Shown in pieces: positions 10,702-23,800 of a stretch of 64,000 nucleotides of DNA. The stretch comes from Oikopleura dioica (taxonomy: Eukaryota > Animalia > Chordata), in NCBI GenBank assembly GCA_907165135.1, contig OU015568.1:5022001-5086000 (forward strand). Reading direction: 5' to 3'. Position 1 is the first letter of the stretch. Every line of letters starts with the position of its first letter. A program made the translations under genes and the position numbers. Under the pieces are notes generated by a model that was not told the origin of the DNA, ran no database searches, and worked only from the letters and a program-made list of their open reading frames with translations.

Positions 10702-11827
10702 ACGCTCCGGCGGGATATGAGCCAAGCGATAATGAGGCAAGATAATTTGAAAGCGCATCAGATTCCCTTCAAAGGGCTCAGGGAGCGTTCATGTGGAGCT
10801 GCTCTTCGCGATTCTGGATAATGTTACTGTTACGGAAGAATAGAGCCGCTTTGATGAATTTCTGATGTAACAGACTGGAAATTTAACATTTTGGTAAAAA
10901 ATTTGGTATTCATCGAGTGTCTTTTTAAAATTATTTGTTGAAGAATTATTGTCAAAGAAGCCGGTACTAACACACTGAAGGTAGCGAGTGATATTGTTTC
11001 ATTTGGTCGATTTCTGAGCGAGAAGAAATAATTTTATTGTGAAACTAGGAATAATTTTATGGTTTTCAGTACAACTCTTCATTCAGCCCTTTTGATAATT
11101 TTAAACTGTTACAGTCAAGTCTACAAGCTGGTACGTCTAATTTATATTTAGATTTTTCAAGTAAAAGGTCAATTGATAACCCTAATCTTTCAACTCTTTC
11201 AAAAGCGACCACAACTTTGACCGATAAAAAAAGTCCCGAGCTTCGGATCAGCCAGCCAACACGCTGAGCGGCTTGGGTACTTTGATCCAGAGCCGGAGAA
11301 ATTGATACGAACAAGGTTTTGGCATCAATAACAAGTTAGAGTGATATCAGCTCAAGCCCGCGCACCCACCTGCTAACAACATCGGATTACCGCAAAAAGA
11401 CTCGTCGGACTTTTTCGTATCTTTTTATTCAAATGATGCAGTTGGAGGTTCATTTTTCTCTCTTTCATAATTTTGTTTATGCGTCTGCGGATTTGAGGAT
11501 GTTTGACTAGACGCGCTGCTGATGAATATAAAAGGTCAATATTCTTTATTAAATTTCAAGGAAGCCGGCTACAAAGCATCAGTTTTTTTCGAACGATACA
11601 GAAAAAAATCCCATGTAATCATTTTCAATTAGATAAAGCCGTTCTGATTAAATTGAAGGTCATCGAAATCGTTTCCAATTCTCGAGTTTTCCGTACGTAA
11701 GCTGGTTTAGAAACGTTTTTGTATGCAATTGCAACTGAATTCCAATTCAATGATATTAATTAAATGTCGATCTAACTGTTTATAATCGAGCTCTAACGGA
11801 GTTAAAATCACAAAAACCGTATCAGAG

Positions 11828-14400
11828 ATGAAGGTAACAATTTTTACTCAATTTCAAGGTTTTTGATGAGATATTTTTAGCTTCTCGCTACCATCCTTGC
11901 CGGGACTTATGCCTATGAACAGCCGAAATACTACGATTTTCTCCGTGCTTTGAGCCAGAAAAAAAGCGGCTGGGGTGCTCCAACTAATCGAATCTCAGCT
12001 TTGCATTCGCTTTGCCCTCCATTGACAACTCCTGATAATGGAGAAGTCGTCTGAGACCAGTCAACTTGTGTTGTCTTTCTGCTCCGCCAACTGGTATTGT
12101 CGCTGACTGTTGATTCAACTGGATGGGTAAGAAAAAATGCACATATAAGTGTGCAAACGGCGCTCCCGTTGTCTTCGAAGGACAGAGCTTCGGAGGCATC
12201 ACTTCTCTCTGCGCATGTCCACGATGGAACAACCGCATCTGCGGATGGAATACGCGTAAACTTGCCAAAATGATCACGAATAATGATCTTTCGAATTTCA
12301 CGTGTGGAAGCGCGCCAACAACATCCAATCCAACAACTCCAGCAACATCTGCTCCAACAACTCCAACATCTCCAACAACTCCAACATCTCCAACGACCCC
12401 TATAACTCCAACAACTCAACCTGGTGTATTTCAGGAGGTCTCGGATACGATCGATGCTTCCTTGAAAACATGTTCAAGCTCACCAACATTTGAAAGAATC
12501 ATCGGTGGAATAGAGCTCGATAGTGCAGGACAATTGCTCTGGCCTTGGCTTGGCCGTCTGTCAGTTGCCGGTTTACATAATTGCGGCGGAGCTATTATTG
12601 ATAAACATTGGGTTCTTTCAGGAGAGATTTAAAATATATTTTTTTGATACGGAGGACAAAAGTGTTACTCTAAGTGAATCTTTTTCTAAAAATGATTAAT
12701 TTTTTATCTTCTGAAGCCGGTCATTGTTGTAAAGACATAGATCAGATTGAAGTTACTTTCAACGATTTGAAGATAAGTGAAGAAGAATTGGGAGAAACAA
12801 CTTACACTGCAAGTGAGATTCTAGTTCACCCTAAATACTTCCCTGGAAACGAAGAGACCTTTGAAAAAATGCAAAATGACGTTTGTTTGCTTAAATTTGA
12901 GGAGGATCTCCTTGCCATTGAAGAAACGGCAAGAGCCTGCCTTGCTTCAGAATTTCCCGAAGGTAAAATATCAGTTTCCAAGCTCTTCTTAAATGAAAAA
13001 TTAAGCTGGACAAGCTTGCTGGATTGCCGGATGGGGATTTTACGAGGAGGATAGTGGTAGTTCGGACATACTTAAGAGCGTCGGTTTGAACATTCTTTCC
13101 CATGAGTATTGCAAGGAACATGCTCCAGCTTCGAATATGATGACCCAGAATGAAATCTGTGTCGGGCTCCCGGATTCTGATGACGCTGACGATCTCACAG
13201 ATGGCGGTAGTGGCGCATGTAGTGGCGACTCTGGAGGACCTCTCATTTGCAATGTCGATGGGTTCGCGACAGTCATGGGTGTAGCATCTTACACTTGGCC
13301 GCCTTGTGGCTCCGCTGGGCTACCCTCTATCTACGCTTCGATCGCACATGACAATTGGGTTGAGATGGTCCTTAAAGGCAACAACGCTGTTGAATTTGAT
13401 CCTGTTTCTGACCGAATCGATGAAACTTTAACGACTTGCTCTGACGCACGATCGCTTGAAAAGATTATAGAAGGAACACATTTGGACTCGCAAGGACAAG
13501 CACATTGGCCGTGGTTGGCGCGACTTGCAATCGGAGCGTTAGATGGAGGAACTTGTGGTGGCACAATAATTGATAATCACTGGGTTCTCACAGGCAAGAT
13601 TCAAATTTATAAGTTTGATTTAAGAAAAATGATGATTTTGGTAAAATTTAATTGTGATTTGAATTCATTAAAGCTGCTCATTGTGTTGAACATACAACCA
13701 CAGTTTTCGCTACTTTCAATGATTATTCAAGCGTTGAAAATGAAAATGGCGAAAAAACACTCGAAGCAAGTCAAGTTGAAATACATGATGACTACTTTGA
13801 TGATCCAAACGGACTTTCTTTTATGGACATTGCTCTCCTTAAGTTCGACGAAGATCTTCTTTCTTTAGATGGAACAGCTAAGGCTTGTTTGGCAACAAGC
13901 TACCCAGAAGGTTTAACTCAATCGTATTTTTTAATATATTCTATGTTTTATTTATATAAGAAATTGTTTTTCAATTATCAATGCTTAAAATAAATTTAGC
14001 CGGACAAGCATGCTGGGTTGCCGGTTGGGGAATGCCTGAAGACGATCATCCAGTGGACTCAATTCCAGCCTCAACGATCCTTAAGAGCGTCGGTTTAAAT
14101 GTTTTTTCACAAGAATACTGCGCACAGAAAGCAGAATTCGATCTTTCTACTATGCTGAAATCTCATGATATCTGTGTCGGTATTCCGGATTTGGACGGGG
14201 ACGGAGAAATGGAAACTGGCGAAAGCATTTGCATGGGAGACTCAGGTGGACCTCTTATCTGCAATGTGAATGGTGCTGCAACTGTCATGGGTGTTGCTTC
14301 AGGCGTATGGAGGCCATGTGGAGCAAAGACGCTTCCTTCTGTATACGACTGGATAGCACAAGATAATTGGATTAGCCAGACCATTGCAGCGAACACTTGA
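11828..14400 (+). CDS. Secreted tandem double S1 serine protease with a Cys-rich N-terminal module and a PT-rich linker
   Basis: Signal peptide MK|LLATILAG. Domain 1: R-IIGG, AGHC, NDVCLL, GDSGGP. Domain 2: K-IIEG, AAHC, DIALL, GDSGGP. The 5' exon junction near 12050-12120 is unresolved. Confidence 0.85.
12328..12420 (+). repeat. Pro/Thr/Ser-rich coding minisatellite (mucin-like linker)
   Basis: Repeated CCAACAACTCCAACATCT units encoding PTTPTS. Confidence 0.85.
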
Positions 14401-14836
14401 TTTAAATTTCTTTTCTACGATCATAGTGATATCTCATTCTGTTCTCATTTTTACATGGTGAATAAAATATTTAAAAATATATGAAAAAATTTAGATCACA
14501 ATCTCAATAGAACACGATGAAATAACGAATAATTTTTTTGCATATTATCGTCATTTAGATAAATACTTGATGTAAAAATAAAATTCGCATTAGGAAAATC
14601 CACTGTATTACGTAATTTAGTGCTTATGCAAAATTGATATTCTGACTACTTGTCTACTTGGTCGTTATAGAATTTTCCACGTGCTTGATTTTCGCACTTC
14701 TTAGTTAACGAAAATGCGCTGGTCGGAAGAGCCAACTTTCAGAAATCACACTTTACGAAGTGATCATAGTTCACGAATTTTTTCTATAGAAGAGAAGTTA
14801 CGAAATACTTGCTAGGTAGATAGAGTTTTTTACAGA

Positions 14837-17800
14837 ATGCGCATTCTAGCGCTAGTGCTGGGGTTGACCCAGGCGCAGAATTGCCCAGATGGATGGGATT
14901 ATCATGAAAACAACTGTTACTACTTCAGGTTTGATTTTTTTAGCAGTGGCAACAACGAGGAAATATTAAAAAGGAAATCTTTTTTTATTAATTATCATAG
15001 CGGAATACCAGATAATGGAGCTGGAGTCACATTTGGCGTCGCGGAAAGCGAATGTCAACATATGGGTGGACATCTTCTGGCTACTCTTGGCTTTTCTGAG
15101 CATCAATGGCTTATTCAAAACGACGATTTACGGGAGATGTTCAGCAAGGTCTTCATCGGCGCGCACAAAGTTAACGGTAAATTCACCTGGACATCTGGGG
15201 ACGAGTGGCAAGACAAATGGGCTGGAAACATCCCCAGTCAGAAAAGAGATCTCCCGTGGAAGGAAGACGAGCCAATGAACGATCCGAATAAATTGTGCGT
15301 GACTATGGACATGCGAAAAATTCGCCCAGGAGAAGTTGGGGGTTGGGAAATGGAATCCTGCAGCAGGCCCCATACATTTGTTTGCAAAATGCCTCAGAAT
15401 CAAGTCGTAGTAAACTGCAATGATGGATTCGAAGAAGCAGCGAATATGTGCTGGCTCAGAATTCATGAAAAAATGAACTTTCTCGACGCTCAAAAAGCTT
15501 GTGAAGAAAAAGGCTCTTATCTCGCTGAGATTCGAAATCAGCAAGAATCCTACGCGTTTATTGAGTACATGAAAGCATCTTCAGCAGAAGCGGGGCCCTT
15601 CTGGATCGGCTTGCGCCATGATGAAGGTTCTCAAAATCCAGAAAAATTCACCTGGCAAAACTCGCAAGAACCAATTCGATTCAATGAATGGCTCGAAGGT
15701 TATCCGATTCTCCAAAGCCCAGCCGAAAATACCTGCGCTTTCACAGAGTGGGATACAGACGTTGAAGGCCGCTGGATGACAACTGCTTGCGACTCGGAAG
15801 AATACAATTTTGTCTGTCAACATGACCTTGGCCTCGTTTGTCCGAAAAATTGGATTCGAAACGATGACATGTGTTATAAAAATTTCGCAACTCCAGCTTA
15901 CAGACGATCGTGGACCGATGCGGTCAATTTTTGCGACGATATTGGTGCTGAAATGGTGATGATCAAGGACCAGAAAACGCAAAATTTTCTCGCTCTTCAT
16001 CACACGAGTTTGCTTCAAATTGGCGTGCAAGATTATTGGATCGGTCTTTCTACCACTGAAGATGGTTTTTCATCGCCGCGATGGATCGATGGAAGCCCTA
16101 TCAGCTACAGTGAGATGGGGGTATTGAATGGAACGTACAACCCTTATTGCGTCGAAGCCCTGACAACTGCGAGCGAAGGCAACTGGCAGGATGCTTATTG
16201 TGGAAACATCAGATCGTTTATTTGCCAGGCAAGAGTTGGAACTCGAATTTATGAACCCTCGGAAGGCATGCTTGACTATCTCTGCGCCAGCGACGATGAT
16301 GATGGAGAGGACTGGCATTTCTTGAACAATACTGATTCTGGAGAATTGAGCTGTTATATGATTACTGAGACTCCGACGAGTTGGCAGAGAGGGTCGAAGA
16401 TTTGCCAAGATGCTGGTGGTTATTTGACTTCTATTACGTCACAAAGGAATGAGTTTTCAAAAACCATAAATTTATTTTTCTTCGTATAAATTTGAGTTTT
16501 TTAATTTTTTCCTTGAATGAAATCAATTAAATATTAAGCGAATTATTTATTGACTCCGCAGGATTCTCATCATATTTTCTAATCAACTAATAAGTTGATT
16601 GCAATTTAGCATTTGCAACAAAAGGCAAAAATTTTAAAAACTCTTAAAGGGAGCAAGATTTTGTCGAACATCTTTTGTACAAAAAGTCCCTTCAATTTCT
16701 CTCCGGCGACGCTTGGATTGGTCTTCAAACAACAAAAGGACCTCCAAGAAATCGCAAAAAGTACGACGGAATCCCGAACGAATACTGGGAAGATGGCAAA
16801 AAGTACGAATTCAACAACTGGGCGGAAAATCAACCAATGTACACTGACAAATCTGACTCGTGGGAAGGCGACTGTGTCTGTCTATATGGACTTGATCATC
16901 CTACTGTCGGAGCATGGGCAAACAAGGACTGTACTAGGGCTTTTGATAAGCGACCAGTTTGCAAGCGCCCAATGGTAAAAAATCCTGACACGACTCCGCC
17001 TGGAATCATCGACGAGGACCAAAAAGAAGCGAATATCAAATACTGCGGCGCTCCTCAATGGCGATGGAATGCGGAATTCAAAAGCTGCTATAATGTTATT
17101 GATACACCTTTGCCATGGGACAGTCAGAGAAAGACCTGTGCTGATAATGGTGGTTTCATGCTGGATATTACATCGCCAAGTGAAAATCAATATGTTCAGA
17201 CATTAGGAAAGATTTTCATTTCAATTTTATTTATTGTGATTACTTCCTCAGATGGCTACCTCAAAAAGTTGGTACAGTAACATTTTATGAGATTACTAGA
17301 AAATTCAAGTTTGAGTAGAGTTTGATAGAAACGCTTAGTTTGAATCAAGCTTTGAAATCCTTTGAAATCCTCTTCAAAAACAAAAATTTCGAAATTGCTG
17401 CATTTAATTTTTCTTGCAGAACTGAAAGCGCCACTAAGCTTTATACGAGTATTCAAGATTCGATACTCATCTTTCCGCTTCGGATAAAATTAAGACCTGA
17501 ATCATGCATAAAATCTTTCAAAGTCGCACTTCTCCCTAGTGGTGCATTCTGGACAGGTGGCTTTGATGCTGGCCGAGATTGGCTTCCAGACGATGAAGAT
17601 GGTCCTGCGATTGGACAAAGAAACGGCAACTGGAAGTGGGATAGAGCAACATCTCCTCTGCCTTATTTCAATTGGGAAACTGATCAGCCAAACCTTCCAC
17701 AGCAAATTGGACCAACTTGTATCGAAATTGGCGCGAATGGAAAATGGACAAATCCTGAATGCACTCAAAAACGATTCACCATCTGCGAACGGAACCCAAT

Positions 17801-20800
17801 TTACCAGGATCCAGTTGATCCAGAAGAAGAATGCGACGGACCTGAATGCTGCTCTGGCCACATTGGTCTAGAAAACGGAGGACCCATTCCTGCTTCTGCC
17901 TTTTACTCGAACTCTGAAAATAGAACAAGCTCTGCTGCTGATCATGGCCGACTGAATCGAGTTTATGATGTTTGGGGCTTTGGCGGATACGGAGGTTGGA
18001 TGGCCGAAAAATATGCAAAGGATCCGTATTTGCAAGTCACCTTCGATGATTTCTATGAAGTGCGAGGAATCATTACTCAAGGAATCGGATTCTTAATTGA
18101 AAATATTATGGAGATATTATATCTTTGATGGTATTTTTTATATTTTGGATTTTATTAATGTAAGTTTTTATGTAAGTAAACAGGAAATTCACTTATGGCG
18201 GCGACCTAGAGAGAACTTGGACATCTGCTTCATTTTATTTTTGAAAAGGGTAAACCGTTGATTTCTCTTTGATTCTCAGCGTTTTCATTCGAGTGCTTGG
18301 GTCACCAATAATGATGATAAGTTTTTTGGTTCATAATATGAATTTGTCAGTTTTCTCATCAACAGAGCTCTTTTAAACCCTCTCTCAATCAATTTAAAGA
18401 TTGATTCGCCCCAAACTGCGCGAAATTTAATCGCAAAAATCAATATTTAAATTCGATTTGCATCCGAACTAAAGGTGTTGATGGCGGTGGAGCTTATGGC
18501 GTGCAAACTTTCAAAGAATGGACCCGTTCATTTGCCATTCGCTACGCTATCGGTGATGGAGATTATACCGATCTCGTTGACGATGTCGGCCAGACAGCTC
18601 TCTTCGACGGCAACTACGATTCCAGCTCTCAAGTGATCAATATGTTTCCCCAGGCGCTCATTACCAAGTCCATCCGAGTCTACCCCCGCCAAATCAAAAA
18701 CAACTACGCTGGTCTGAGAATGGAACTGATCGGCTGCAAGGCTACTTGTGTCGATTCCCTTGGAGCTGCGAGAAATCCTCCCAGCGGGATGAAAATTCCA
18801 GACCAAGCTTTTACGAGCTCCAGTGCTGTTCCTGGTCACGAAGCAAAGCACGGAAGAGTCGTTTATTCCGAAACGAGAAGTGAGCGAAGACCGCATCAGA
18901 TTTCAGTGAGCAACACCGTTCAAACACAAGAACTCGCCGAACTCGCCTGTCAAACTGAATTTGAAGGAAATGGCGCGCTTGTTTCGATTCATAATTCTGA
19001 AGATCAAGAACTTGTCCAGAGCAAAATTCAGAACTCAAACCCATCTGACGACGATACTTGCTTCTGGATCGGGCTCAACAGAAAATCTTCAAGCTGGCAT
19101 TGGATTGATGGCTCTGCTCTGAGCTACAATAATTGGGCTGCGGGAGAGCCAAAAACTGGTAACTGTGCATGCATGGATTCTAGCAAAGGCTTCAAGTGGT
19201 ATGCAAGATCTTGCTCGAGCATGAGCCCGTATGTTTGCGAAGGATTTCAACCTGAGGATGTTTGGATTGCAGAAATTCAAGGAATAGGTCATTTTTTGTA
19301 TCTAATATTTTTTGTTCTCATATTTTGGCATAAGTCAGCAATATAAGTAAAACGACAGCTGAATATTTGTAAGAATTTATTTAATACTTTGGTACAAAAA
19401 TTTGGTCTATTCAATTTCTATACGAGAAATATTTGTGTGTCATTTGAGAAAAATCTGTATTTTGATTAATTTCAACATTTTTTCAATTAACGGCATTGCG
19501 ATGTAAGCTAGGTATGCTGCTTCATTTTTTGCTCATATTTTTTTAACCTTATCTTACTTTATAGAGGCTGATAAAAATCGAACCACATTATCAATATTTT
19601 TATCTACCTTCGAAAGTCGACCCACTTCAAGATAACACTCAGTGGCTTCAAATCGACCTCGGAGAAATTCATGCTATCAACGGTGTCGTTGTCCAAGGCA
19701 ATCCCGTTGCAGATGAATATGTCAAGCAATTCCAGCTCAAGTTTTCCGATGACGGCGAAAACTGGTGGTGGTATTACATGTACCATCCAGGAGGACAAGG
19801 AAATGCTTGGGTTCAGAAGTTTCAGGGCAATTTTGATGGACAATCTACTGTTTCTGCTTATTTACGGCATCATATTACCGCACGATTCGTTCGAATTAAC
19901 CCAACACTTTGGGAAAAACGAATCGCTCTTCGTGTCGACATCATCGGCTGCAAAGAACACGGGCGTATAGAATGCACGGACTCAGCTGCTTCAATCTTCG
20001 ATCTTTCAAACAAGGACCATATTTCGGCAGATTGCCCGAGAAACTGCGCCGCGGACGATTTCAACTCCGACGCGCCTGTTTTCGGAACAGGACAATATGA
20101 AATGACCTCGAGTTTCTGCCGCGCGGCAATTCATGACGGCAGAATCGACAACATCAACGGCGGATATGTCAGCGCTAAGAAAATCAAGAACAACCCTGAG
20201 AGCTACAAGGGAAGCGGCGCTCACGGAATTCAATCGCTTGATCTCGACTCGAACACTCCTGGATTTATCTTTGAAGGCGATGTTCTCGGTTGCGAGGATG
20301 GATGGACTGGCTTTAGAGAAGTTTGTTACTACAGGAAAGGTTTAACAGTAATCGGAGTTTATTCCATAGAAGCTTTCTTGTTGAAAAGATTATTCTGTTT
20401 ATCAAGAGCTAGCTTCCATCCTCCTCGCTGCAAGGAGTCAACAAATTTGGCGACTTCGTCCAACGCAAGAGGGGCTTGACGAGGGGTTGCGAAGTAATTC
20501 GCTGTTCCCTCTGGTCTGTTTTCATTGACATTTGGAATATTCCAGAAGGCCATCGTCAACTAAAAATCAATTTAATCAGGATTTCAAGAGATCTGTTTTT
20601 ACCTGAAACGGAATAAGTATCAAAATCTTCATAACTCGTTTATTTCTACAATTGAACCCGAACGACTGTTTTTATACAGTGAAAACTCAAAAATTGGCCG
20701 GTTTTCAGATCCAAATTTCCGAAAAAAGCGGCCAAATTTTGAGTTTTTTGCCGGGTAGCCAAGCTTCCTCTTCAAAAAAGCAAAGTTTCGAAATTTTCGA

Positions 20801-23800
20801 ATTTGGGCATGATTTTCACGTTTTTGATGAATTTTATTCAATTTTTTTGCTTGTTCTAAGTCATTTTTATCAAAATAAAGTTATTTTAGATGATTTAAAC
20901 GCTTCAAAATAGCTAAAAATGGTCAGAAAGACCATAATTTGGGTCTATTTTGATGCAAATTTTTTTATTTTTGAAAAAGCGGCCAATTTTTGAGTCTTTT
21001 TCAGATTCAAAATTCAGCCAATTTCGATCAAAACCGGCCAAATTTAGAGTAGGCAAATTTTGAGTTTTCACTGTACACCTTTATTTCGGAACAAATGTTA
21101 GATTTATGAATATTAAACCTTCGAAAAAGCCCTAGTGTTGCCAACGGCGATGACGAGAATCTCGTCACGTGGTCAGAAGCGCAACAGAAATGCAAAGAAG
21201 TTGGCGGCTATTTAGCAACAATTGACGATCAAGCTGAGCAAGATCATGTCGCTGCGATTATGCACCAGAAACAAGGAATCAATGAGTGCTGGATCGGGCT
21301 TACTGACAAGGGACATCCGAATTGGTACGACAAGTGGGCAGAAACGGGCGAACAAGTTCGCTACACAAACTGGGGCATGGGCGAGCCAAACAGCGGAAAC
21401 AGCGACAGCTGCGTTCGAATGTTCCGAGGAGGGCCTCAGAAAGGAAAATGGGATGATTACGGATGCGACAATCTTGCCAGTTTTATTTGCGAGAAACCCA
21501 AGGTCCCTGTGAATTCTCTAGAACCAGATCACGAAAAGTGCAAAGTCGGTTGGGAGCCGTTTGGCAACCGATGCTACAAATTCGTCCAAAGCCCGGAGGA
21601 ATGGAGCTGGGCAAAGCACAACTGCCGTGGCCTCGGGGGAGAATTGGCGGCGATTCATGATGCAAGTGTGAATTCCTTTATCGCCTCTAGAATTGCTGAA
21701 AACACGCTTGATCATCACAACTACTGGATTGGTTTGTTCTCTGAATCGAAACTCGGAACTGGGGAATATTTCAAATGGATTTCAAAGGAGCCTGTCGACT
21801 TTACCAACTGGGACACGAATGAGCCGGGCACTGCGAATGAGTGTGCTCCTGTGTGGACCTATCGTGGGGAAGAACAAACAGGCTGCATTGATAAGGGTCT
21901 CCCAGGCCAGCTTGTAGGAGAATGGTGCTCTCCAAATGAAGAGTTCACTGGAGCATTTATCGCTTGTGAAGAAGGAACTGGTCTGAAAAAGGAAACCGAG
22001 TGCACTGCCATGAACAAAGAGAATGGCAAGTGGGGATATCCCAATGAAGGTACGATGATATCAATTCTTAATCATTTGACCTGATTAAAGAATTTCTAAA
22101 AAGAATAATTTATTTTGAACTTTCTGTTTTCTTTCTGTCAGTTTTTGACAGTTTTTTTGAAAAATCAAAAAGAGAGAAATAGAGATATGATTTCAGTTTA
22201 TTTTCAGGTGATGGAGCCAGACAATGCTGGGAAAAATACAATTACGTTTGCGACATGATGATGGAGGGAGAATCTCGTCCAACGATTCCCTCTGAGCCAA
22301 TTGATGACACTCCTTGCAAGACTTCTGAAGGTTGGTATGGATATGATGGCGGCAGCAAATGCTACAAATTTGACAATGAACCAGCAAGTTGGGATAATGC
22401 GAAGAAACACTGTAATGCGTACGGAGCCTCGGCCCATTTGGTCGCGCTGCATAGCTATAGTCAGGAACAGCGACTTTTGCCGATTTTATCAGAGCATGGA
22501 AAAGGAGTCGATCATTTCTGGATCGGTTTGAGCACAAACGGCGTCTCTGGCTACCGATGGGTCGATTTCTCGCCCGTTGACTATGTGAACTGGGCTACAA
22601 ACGAGCCAAACAACCACAACGGCGAAGAAAACTGCGTTGAAATGATCAATTACGGCCTCTTTTCTGCCTGGAATGACTATTTCTGCTACTCAACGAAGGC
22701 TTACATTTGCGAAATCGACCGTTCAGAAACCCCACAGACTCCAACTGTGCCTCCAACAACGCCGCCACAACTTGATCCACGATGCAACCAAGAAGACTTC
22801 CCCGATGTGAAGTTTTATTCTACAAGAGTGGACGTCAATGGGCTGGACAAGACAAAATGCGTAGCTTTTATTCCAGAATTGGATAGCTGGACTACTGCAG
22901 ATCGATACTGCCATCAGTTCAATGGTGGATCGGGAAGATTGATTGCTATTCATAGTCAGAAAGAAGTGGAATTCGCAATAACTGTTTTGGCTGCTCAAGA
23001 AGATCAGTCAACGGAAAAGTCATGGATCGGTCTCCAACAGCCCTTCCCTGGAGAGCAATACAGCTGGACTGATGGAACTCTTCAGGACTTCTCATTTTGG
23101 GCCGGATCGCAGCCGAACAATGACAATGGTAAAAAGACCTGCGCGGAGATGGATGTCAATACTGGCCTTTGGGTCGCCGCTGATTGTTCAAAGAAACAAC
23201 AAGGACTTTGTCAATTTATCCTAAACGAAGGTGGTGCTCCTCCTCCACCACCACCTGATTTTGACCAAACTGGTGGGTGTCCTGAAGGATGGTATCGATA
23301 CAGAAAACGATGTTTCCAGTTCAATGGACTTGATACAATGAGTCCCGAGCGATTAGGATTCGAAGCTGCAGAAGCAAAATGCGTCGAACAAGGAGGTCAT
23401 TTGGCATCGATTTACGACAACTACTACAACTGTAAGTTTTTTAAAAGTAAAGGGAGGTTTATTCACAGTAATGCGCTTGCTCACAGATTTAATTAAACTT
23501 GCAAACAACGGATATTAACAGTGGACGAGAAACCGTATATGGCCAGTTGTTCCCAACCATGGCGGCATTTTCCCATACCAGCCCTTAGGCCCCAAGGGTG
23601 ATTTATTCCTCAGCGGCGTCCTCATCGGTCTGACCGTGAGTGATGGTGTAGACGAGGGCCTTGTAGTCAAGGTTGCCTTGGTCGTCCTTGGAGGCGGCGG
23701 CAAGGAGGACATCGAGTTCTTCCTGGGAGAATCGGTCGGCCTTGGTGGTAAGGACTTCACCAAGGTACTGGGAGGGGATGGTGCCGGTGTTCTCGGGGTC

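Noticed and set aside
12052-12054. Selenocysteine interpretation of the in-frame TGA
   Set aside because: Readthrough would not restore the downstream frame, and no SECIS element was recognised.
11931-12419. Trp/Cys-rich antisense ORF (CWSCWRCWSCW)
   Set aside because: It is the reverse reading of the PTTPTS linker of the protease.
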